Shown: positions 54,692 through 64,000 of the stretch, piece after piece
Numbering within the stretch: position 1 is the stretch's first letter
How the letters are laid out: each line of letters begins with the position of its first letter
Origin: Octopus sinensis
Taxonomy: Eukaryota
Assembly: GCF_006345805.1 (NCBI RefSeq)
Contig: NC_042997.1
Location: 179,490,001-179,554,000, forward strand
Direction of reading: 5' to 3'
Length of the DNA stretch: 64,000 bases
Position numbers and translations under genes: made by a program
Notes under the pieces: generated by a model
What the model saw: only the letters and a program-made list of their open reading frames with translations
Database searches by the model: none
Told to the model about the DNA's origin: nothing

Positions 54692-55416
54692 ACGTATATG
54701 TGTGTATTTGTGCGTGCGCGTGTATATGCATGTATGAATTATATACATACATATGTGATGTTTACTGCATGTCCATGAAGAGTGACTATTAAAACAGCAT
54801 TAGAACAACACCGTTGACAACACCAGTGATAATAACGGCAACGATCGAAACGACAATCACTCTAATTGTAGGAAGAAAAACGAAAACAATCGCAATAACA
54901 AAAGTAACGTGAGCAAAAGCAATGTATAAATGTCTGCCGATCAATATTTCGAGATATACTCCGTTCATTCGTTGTATTTAGTGTACGGGTTATCACTCAG
55001 TTTTCCAATGTTATATATATGCAACCACCTGCGTAGAGTAGCGGGGAGATTTCCCATCACGCCGCTGAAGAAGGGTGGTGGTTGGGTTGATGATGTGGAA
55101 GGCGTGGAAAAACCAGTTGTAGTAAATGTAGTAAAACTGTATTTAGCGTGAGTGCGTGCGAATGTGAGAAGGTATAAGAAAGAGTAGAGAGAAAAAAATG
55201 AACCACCGGAGGAGGGATTGGCAAACGGGAAGGAAGAAAGGAAAGATGAAACGTACAGAAATAATACGTACACTGAAAAAGTGAACGAGTGACAATAATA
55301 ACCAAATGGTATTAGGGAAATTGAAATGTATAGAGTTGGGGGGAGTAAACAGAATTTATATGTATGTGTGTACTATGTATGTACGTACGTATGTATATAT
55401 GTACATATGTATATAC

Positions 55417-55485
<69 letters not shown>

Positions 55486-55703
55486 AGTGTGTATGAATGT
55501 ATGTATATATATATATATGCTTTATTTAAAAGCAACAGAAATATAACAAAAGCTGTTACTCAGAGTTTCGCGTTCCCGTTCGTCGAACAGTTTTGTTACT
55601 CTTATTTCCACCTTGTTTCACATTTATGTGCTTACTCCGGTATATATATATATATACATACATATATAAATATATTTATATCCGTGTGTGTTTATGAATG
55701 AGC

Positions 55704-55806
<103 letters not shown>

Positions 55807-57416
55807 GAGACAGAGAGGAAAATACCCAGATAGGAAGACAAAGAAATTGAAAATTAAACCAGATGAGATTAATAAGTTCAGATGAAACCGAAAGCTAGTT
55901 ACTGAAAAATCTGGTAGAGTAAAAAGTTTTATTAATTGATAGGACCGGCGTAGGAAAATTCATTTAAGAGACAGTAACATAGGTTGTATTACGGGAATGC
56001 GAATGTGACATATAGGTAACAAGCATGAGAGGTTATACTGGGGAAAAGAGAGTGGGTTTAAGAATGAAAGTATGACATTGAGATAACGTGTGTGCGTGTA
56101 TATTAGATGGTGTTGTGTTGAGCGAGAAAGTGGGTGTTTCCAGAGTAGTAAACGATGACAGTGTAACGTATAGTTAAGTTAGTTAAATGGTTGTGTAATG
56201 TGAAAGAGTTACTAGTGTAATGCTGAAGGCTGTGTTAAATAGATAATTTAAGTGTGGCTGTGTGATATACAAATAATTAAAATGTGATAGTGTGTGTGTT
56301 AGAGTAAGGAGATGTGTTGAGTATGCTTGTATGTGTGTGCGTGAGAGAAAGATAAAGTGTCTGTGTGAAAGAGAGAGGGAGAAGTGAGCGCGGGTATTTT
56401 AAGTGCAAAAATCTGTTTAAAAGATTGATTTAAGAATGACAGCGTGACATGCAGGTACTTAGCACGTGAGCATGAGTGTTAGATGAAGAGGTTGCACTGA
56501 GGGCGAGCGAGCGTTTTAAAAGACAGAGGATTTGTTAAATCAGTGACTAAGTGAGGACGATGTGACATAAATATATGAGAGTTATGTCTAACAGTAACAT
56601 AGGTTGTATTACGGGAAAGAGAATAAATAGAGTGACAGACGTGTTAAGTGAATAATTTCGGAGTGATATCGTCAGTGTAAGAACGCAAGTTCAAATATTC
56701 AGCTATATGAATGAGTTTGTGAAGTAATATATAGTCGAAGAAAATTGTTTAAAATGATTAACCAAAGAAATTCTAGGAGTACTTAGTAATAATTAAAGTA
56801 AGTCGAGAAAGAGTAACTAAAACTGAATTGGTGTGATTTACTGTAAGAATAGTAGATAGGTCGTTGAATGAAAAACATGCTTTTAGAAGGAGCATGATAT
56901 AAAGCATAAACACGAATCGAGGGAAAGAGAGAGAAAGAGAGGGAGAAATGGAGGTTGTGGTGGTGGTAGTGATAGTGATGCGTGTTATGGAAACTGAAAC
57001 CAATGAAGATACAATGGAAATTTAGAATGATAAAAGTGGTGTGAAGAGGTATATAACATATAAATAATGGGACAGAAGATGGAAAAGGAGAAAAAAAAAG
57101 ACGAAATATACGAACCGTAAGGATATAAGCAAACAAATAAATAAATAAATAAATACATGCATAAAAGAAGCGGGTAAAGTAAAGGAAACCATCTCGGAAA
57201 TGCAAGAAAAGAATACATATCAATGTATCAGGTGAAAATAGTTTAAATGTAAGCGTCGGATGCAGTAGTAACTACAGCATTATGCATTAAAAATAAGCAA
57301 AACAACACATATGCACACATACACACATATATAAACTCATACACAAAAACACAGAGGTATACATATGTATGTATGGTTGTATGTAGCTGAGCCTGTTTGT
57401 GTGTTTATGTGTGTGT

Positions 57417-57484
57417 ACGACGCGTGTGTGTGTACGACGCGTGTGTGTGTACGACGCGTGTGTGTGTTCGACGCGTGTGTGTGT
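57417..57484. repeat. 17-bp minisatellite ACGACGCGTGTGTGTGT x4
   Basis: Directly visible; one unit has TCGACG. Confidence 0.95.
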
Positions 57485-58294
57485 CTCTCCTGAAACACCG
57501 TTATGCTTTGTACATCTATATTTTACTGAAAAAAAAACCCCTCAAAAAACAAAAAGAAAACAATTGTTTTTCAATGGCAGATAAATAAGAGTTGAAGAAG
57601 TAAATAAATAAAAATAAAAACGCAAACAAACCAACAAATAAGTAAACATACAGGAATAACTAATATAATATTACAAATAAAACATTCACTTCAGTGATTA
57701 CAGCTCTGAAGCAAAAACCAAACAATATTGTAGTATGTATGTGGAGGAGTTGGTATGTAACGTGAGCATATGGATATTGCTGAAATATATCCGAACACCT
57801 ACACATACAAACACCCACACAACACGAACACACACTCACATACACGATAATATAATTTTATATTTGTATATACATACTCACACATATTCTTTCTCTTTCC
57901 CCCTCTCTCTCTCTTTCTCTCTCTCTCTTCCTCTCACAAAAGCGCGCGGACACGAACACATAAAATGCCAAATAAAATACTTGAATTGCAAAAAAGAGTA
58001 CTCAATACACAGTGAAGAGTAAAGCGTATACATATATGTATGTATATATTCATGGAATTCCTCTAAAGGTTAACGATGATTAAGCGAAAAAAGTTTTACC
58101 CTATATATGTGTACATGCATGTGTACTTATGCATCCATCCATCTTTCTCTCTCTCTCTCTCTGTCTACACACACGCACGCATATATACACACACATGCAT
58201 GTACATATGTATGCATGCATGCATATACAAATATGTATATATATATATACATATATGCATGTATATATATGTATGTGCACATATATATATATAA

Positions 58295-58338
<44 letters not shown>

Positions 58339-58339
58339 G

Positions 58340-58382
<43 letters not shown>

Positions 58383-58399
58383 TATATATGTATGTGCAC

Positions 58400-58457
<58 letters not shown>

Positions 58458-58479
58458 CATATATGGAGGGTTGTGTCTG

Positions 58480-58660
58480 TCCCTCCACATCGCTGGATAA
58501 CAGATGCTGTTATGTTTACCTCACTGCAACTTAGCGGTTCGGCAAGAGAGACGGATAGAATAAGTACTAGGCTTACAAAGAATAAGTCCTGGGGTTGATT
58601 AGCTCGACTAAAAGCTGTGCTCCAGTATGGCCGAACTCAAATGACAGAAACAAATACAAG
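58480..58660 (+). mobile_element. SINE family B 3' half
   Basis: GATAGAATAAGTACTAGGCTTACAAAGAATAAGTCCTGGGG..GCTCCAGTATGGCC. Confidence 0.85.
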
Positions 58661-59028
58661 AATAAAAGAAAGAAAAAGGAACGAATATATTCCATTATTC
58701 TTTCATATGTTTCAGCCGTGAGGCTGTGGTCAATTTGGGCCAAAATATATGTCTGTGTGTATACATACATGCATACATGCATACACACACACACACATAT
58801 ATATATACATATACAAACACACATATCAAGTCATTTACATATCTACACACACATATTTATCCACATTTCAGGTAGGTTTGCTCCATGGGTCATCATGGAA
58901 TTCTAAATTTTATAAAAAGGCTAATGGGTTTTGAACATTATTTATATATATAAAACAAGCAAAAAGTTTGAAACAGTTACACATTGAAATATTTAAAATG
59001 CGTTTGTGTTTCCGCCTATAGATAAATA

Positions 59029-59159
59029 GGAGTGGCTGTGTGGTAAATAGCTTGCTTACCAACCACACGGTTCCGGGTTCAGCCCCACTGCGTGGCACCT
59101 TCAGGCCGACCAAGGCCTTGTGGATGGATTTGGTAGGCGGAAACTGAAAGTAGTTCATC

Positions 59160-59160
<1 letters not shown>
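59029..59160 (+). mobile_element. SINE family B 5' half followed by (TA)n
   Basis: GGAGTGGCTGTGTGGTAAATAGCTTGCTTACCAACC..GGATTTGGTAGGCGGAAACTGAAAG. Confidence 0.87.
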
Positions 59161-59200
<40 letters not shown>

Positions 59201-59203
<3 letters not shown>

Positions 59204-59274
59204 AGCGCCTATTAATAATAATACTGTAATTGTTCCATTGTTGTTGTTTTTTTGTTTCCCGTTTGGATTAAAAC
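59201..59274 (+). mobile_element. PLE-type terminal repeat 3' tip embedded in (TA)n
   Basis: TGAGCG..AATAATAC..TGTTCCA..T-rich..GTTTGGATTAA..CTATATA parallels the 3' end of the 40883-41058 element. Confidence 0.6.
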
Positions 59275-61737
59275 TATATATATATATAGCTGTCTGTCTA
59301 ACTTCAATGGATGCCTTTTACGTGTTTAAATGTACACTTTATTTATGTGAATAATATATATTCTATTGACTAAATTTTTACACGCTAGGCCACTGGTAAT
59401 GGAAATTTTTAATATCTATAATTACCCCTTAATATTATTAATTATTGGTAATTTTTCTGGATAATTTTTCGAATTGAAAAGCCGGCAATTTTATTTACTG
59501 CTGACAAGGAGCTGTGCTTGCGCGGTAGATTTCAAAAATTAGACTGTATAAGCATGGGACATATACTGGATTGCCTCGTGTATATATATTTAATCTAAGG
59601 CGTACCTGCTGAAGAAGACTTCGCCTAGCAAATTATTTTATTTGCTAAAAAATATCTGAAACCATTGGTCCAGGAGTTAGATGGTAAATGGTTTTATTTT
59701 TCATTCCCTTCGAAATTTTATCCTTAATAGTGGTTTGGAATTTAACTGTTCTCTCTAGCGTGCAAGGAATCTTATGATGGATGCCACTTATGTGTTCAAA
59801 TGTACACTGTATTTATGAAGTGTATATATATATATATCTTTTTGACACAAAAAACGTGATTCCGGAAAATGGGCGTAATGATACTTAAAATGTCTATAAA
59901 TTCTATTCATGGGTTATTATAATCATTAATATACGCACGCACACACGCAGACACACACGCACATACGCGCGCGCACACACAAACATTCACACACATACAC
60001 ACACAATAATATCATTTCCAATAAATGGCTTTCAGTTTCATACTACGAGGCAGATGATTGTGTCCGTTCATCTATATCAAGCAATAGACACCTTCTCAGA
60101 AGTAAGTTGTCGCAAATAAAATACAGCACGTAAAATATTAATAAATCTTAAACAATTTGATTTTTTTTTTTGCTGACAAATAGATGCCACACATGGGTAA
60201 TGTACACTATTCACAACATTAAAGATCACGCTAACACACTTATGACGTGTTATTCTAAAAATCAAAATACATGTATGTATGTATGCGTCTGTCAGCCCGT
60301 TTTTTTTTTATTTGTATGTATATGCGTATCTCTTTTTGTCTGTCTATCTATCTATCAAATATTTGGAGCATTTTGCTATAATTAATATTTTGTATGTCAT
60401 GTAAAATTTGATATAATAAGATAACACTGTACAAAACTATTCAGTCGAATTTACTTCATTATTGAATTTCCATTCAGTGGAAACGGGAGAAGTAGTTCAG
60501 AAATGTTCCACCAGCCAAAATGGAAGTTTTTGCGCTGTTTAGTAAATGATATCTTACAATATATATCAACGATACTCCATTATCTTGGTTAAGAGGTGTC
60601 AATCAGGACAAGATTAACATTCTTCAGCTCGAGAGTTAACATTGTTAATAACACCTGAAACCAAGGACAGATTAAGACGCATACAGGCCCTAAACAATTA
60701 AAAGGTTTTGCTGCCCCCATTTGTATGTAATTCAAAATATAAACAATAATAAACCATAAAAGGGAAAATAATGGTTATTTTTGTATACTTCCACCTTCTT
60801 TATATTTGAAAAGCTTTCTTCTACTCTTTTTTTTATTGCAAGGTCTTTGATAAGGTCCCCGCAATAACACCATGAACTCTTCCAAATTATATCTCCGATC
60901 ATATAGACCAATTCGAATATCATTTTAGCAAGTTTAAAGTGATTTCTTTTGTGCCGTAAAAGCCATTAAACCATCCTGTGATACCTCGCTTCCCTTGATG
61001 CTCTAAGCACCTGCTTATTTTGTTTAACATTTCATCCGGCGCTGCCTTAAACATTGCTTTACCTTAATTCATCCCATCGGATAGCAGTATTGCTACTCCA
61101 TCTGAAGAATTTGAAATTTATGTTACTTTGTCTCTAGCTTAGTCCAAACATAAAATAAAGATGTTTATGATCACTGGACTGAAATATGCAAACAAAAGGG
61201 AGTATTTATCCTGACTGATACGCATCTCAATGATCCAGCATTCTGGTCCGACGAAACACAGTTTCATATAGGTGAAATCATCATTCAGTTCGCCTGCGCG
61301 TTCTTTTCTGAAATGTGAGTCTCGTTAAACTGTAGGGAAGCATTATCATTCGGATTGTTGCTGAAAATTAATTCCTTTTTCATTTCAAGTTATTTCAGTT
61401 ATCTTTACCCGAAGTTGGCTGTTGATAAGGCTTCTTTCAGTTTATTGTGAGATAGAAAGAGAAGTGAGGGAGACGAGAGAGAGAAAGAGAGAAAGAAAGA
61501 GACACAGTAAAATAGAGAGAGAGAGACAGACAGACAGACAGAGACGAGAGACAGAAGATACTCTAGCTGGCCCCCAGTTTATCTATAGAGCTTGCTTTCT
61601 TGCAAGGTACTCCTGTTTTTGATGTAGCAATAAAATTATACTTATGAGATAAGTATATATATATTTATATATATACATACAAAAACGAAACCAGAATTTT
61701 GCAGTATTGCTTTATTCACTTCTATATGTTTACACTT

Positions 61738-62480
61738 TTATCGCCTTCAAAGTATTCTCTAATTGAAGCAATGCATCGGTCCAGACACGTTTTTCACTGT
61801 TCGAAGCAGTCGTGGGACTCTTGTGAAGTGATGCCTTTTAACACTGCCGTCCTTTTTTCTTCATCTTTTCCTCATCTGCAAAACGTTTCGGAACAGTCAA
61901 GTAAAATATCTGGTTAACAGTTTCAGCAGGAGGAACAAGTGCCGTGTGGACAATTCCTTTCACGTTGATGAAACAAATCAGTATCATATTTTAGGGGCGT
62001 GGTGACATTGAATGCTTCCATTGACTTCATTGCTGCTTCATTTCCGGGTCATAACCGTAGCACCAGCTTTCGTCACCTGTGATGGCCTTCGAAAAACGGT
62101 CCAGATTAACTTCCAACTATTCTTTCAGTTCACAACACACATTTGTCGTGACTGCTTTTCATATTCCGTGAGCACAAATTTTGCTGCAACTTTTTCATTC
62201 GCTATTCGTCGCTCAAACTTTGTTTGGACATACTAGTCTTATCAACAAGCTCAGTTCATGAATTTTCGTGATGTTTACATTCGTTCGGAAGGACGGCGGT
62301 CACGCTTAAAGTGGCTGATCTTCAAGCGAAAAGTGACCATTCTTAAAGTGTGAAAATCACTCCTAAACTTGTGTTTTGCCAATGGCAGCGTCATTGTAAG
62401 CTGTTTGAAGTATGAGAACTATTTCGGCAGCTCGTTTCTCCAGCAGAAAACAGAATTTCAGGGAATCACTGTCCCTTCGT
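61738..62480 (-). mobile_element. Mariner (Tc1/mariner) transposase remnant with internal deletion
   Basis: LKFCFLLEKRAAEIVLILQTAYNDAAIGKTQV; AITGDESWCYGYDPEMKQQ (62063-62087); MILICFINVKGIVH; C-terminal DRCIASIREYFEGD. Stops present, YSPDL segment missing. Confidence 0.9.
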
Positions 62481-63370
62481 GTCTGCCATCGTAAAAATCG
62501 ACGAACAGGGGAGAAGCACTGCAAAACACACACACACAACGTGGTAGTACGACCCCAACAAACGACACCGGTCGGCAGCCTGGAGGTTGAGGGCTGCATC
62601 AATTGGCGTCTAGCAGCGGAAGCCTGAACCACCTCAGTCCCACGTAACCCTTAAAATTAAATATGTATCTCCATCTTCATGATGTCATGAACAGGAGAGA
62701 TACATGTTTTGATGGATGTACCATTCGTCTCCGAAATACAAAACTATCAGATGATCTGGTGTCTATTTTAATAGTTAATCAACTGAAATTGCTGAATAAA
62801 GCGCCGATCTAAGGATCACAAGGCTCCACACCCTATCAAGGCCTTATCATTCACAATATTTGAGATAGTGTTCTACAAAACATTTCGGTGCTATTCTATT
62901 TTGTTGTAGTAGTATAAACAATTTTCTGTCTTCAATTTATGGTAACTCTATATATTTCTGAGTTGACAAATTATTATTTATTCTGAAAACACGATGATGC
63001 CAAACTGGGAACATATATTAATACAGTAGAATCCAAGGAAACCAATGGTTTGTGTCGCCAAATATCAATGCAAAATTATTACTACAGGAAAAGATGTCCA
63101 GTTGTTAGTAAGAAGCAAATTTAGTGATAACAATGTTTTTATTTTCTGTTTATCCTTTTTTTATTGTAGATTAGTGTGTTGTTGAAGAAGGTGCTAATAG
63201 CATTTTATAGACCTGCAAAACAGGTCGATATCGATGATAAAATGAATTAGATTTAATAAGTTTGTTTGAGTATAACTACAAAAGTGTCGCTGGCAAATAT
63301 CCTTTGGAAATAAGTTCCAGAAAGGATTCAAATATATTACTCAGGTGCGACAAATCAGACCCACCAGAGT

Positions 63371-63517
63371 AAACAGGAGAGACAGAGACTGGCAGAAACA
63401 AGGAAAATGCCCCTTGTATTTGAATACTACGCAAATATTCTTTTAAAATACTTTTCTTTTAATTTTTCCGAAATGTTTTTAGTAAATTATTTTAGCATTT
63501 TCTACCTTGACTTTTTT

Positions 63518-63519
<2 letters not shown>
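63371..63519 (+). repeat. Older, diverged third copy of the 63553-63990 arm lacking the HHR
   Basis: AATGCCCCTTGTATTTGAATACT..AATTTTTC|CGAAATGTT..AAATTATTTTAGCATTTTCTA..GACTT. Confidence 0.8.
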
Positions 63520-63557
<38 letters not shown>

Positions 63558-63601
63558 AAACAAGTCAGAATAGAAAATGCTAAAATAATTTTATAAAGAA
63601 C

Positions 63602-63647
63602 ATTTCAGTACCGGTTTCGGTCATTTTGAGACCTTTTCAACTGTAAC
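63602..63647 (-). ncRNA. Minimal type I hammerhead, U3:A8 core variant
   Basis: Minus strand CAG-TTGAAAA-GGTC tcaaaat GACC-GAAA-CCGGT-A-CTG. Confidence 0.7.
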
Positions 63648-63895
63648 GATTAAATAATTAAATTTAGAAAAATTAAAAGAAAAGTTTTTTAAAGGAATAT
63701 TTGTATAGTAGTGTTCAAATATAAGTGGCATTCTGCCTTTCTCTGACTCCCTTGTTTGCACTTGTGACTTCGAACACACTAGTGCAAACAAGGGAGTCAG
63801 AGAAAGGCAGAATGCCACTTATATTTGAACACTACTATACAAATATTCCTTTAAAAAACTTTTCTTCTAATTTTTCTAAATTTAATTATTTAATC

Positions 63896-63941
63896 GTTAC
63901 AGTTGAAAAGGTCTGAAAATGACCGAAACCGGTACTGAAAT
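63896..63941 (+). ncRNA. Minimal type I hammerhead, U3:A8 core variant
   Basis: CAG-TTGAAAA(63903-09)-GGTC tgaaaat GACC-GAAA(63925-28)-CCGGT-A63934-CTG; palindromic ACCGGT stem III, GUA triplet. Confidence 0.7.
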
Positions 63942-64000
63942 GTTCTTTATAAAATTATTTTAGCATTTTCTATTCTGACTTGTTTTTTCATATATATCAA

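Larger units (their letters stand above)
63553..63990. repeat. Near-perfect 438-bp palindrome (210-bp arms, 18-nt loop) between TA tracts; HHR-bearing terminal repeat pair
   Basis: Arms 63553-63762 and 63781-63990; two mismatches found by eye. Confidence 0.97.

Noticed and set aside
60732-61120. Unique-looking ORFs and a possible 39-nt micro-exon on the minus strand
   Set aside because: No recognisable homology and frames are interrupted; not supportable without RNA data.

Overview
AT-rich eukaryotic non-genic or intronic DNA, saturated with microsatellites and retroelements. The repeat landscape and SINE families suggest an octopus-like cephalopod (inference from recognition, no search run). 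I recognise no host protein-coding exon, and almost every ORF in the supplied track is a microsatellite artefact. The one long real ORF is a 5'-truncated, frame-intact Penelope-like element (PLE: RT + GIY-YIG, 2092-3670). It is followed by a C-rich tract, a nested tandem array and a terminal repeat with a minimal hammerhead-ribozyme (HHR) motif. Fossils include an R4/Dong-type LINE, an RTE LINE 3' end, a mariner, a Helitron-like non-autonomous element and dozens of tRNA-derived SINEs of at least four families. The most interesting signal is a set of apparently distinct HHR-bearing PLE-type termini whose 3' ends all abut TA or (TA)n. Two of them are long fold-back palindromes carrying a ribozyme on each strand. 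At 51414-53008 the core is canonical with an extended stem II. At 63553-63990 the arms are ~99% identical and the core is a U3:A8 covariant (UUGAAAA); an adjacent third copy lacks the ribozyme.
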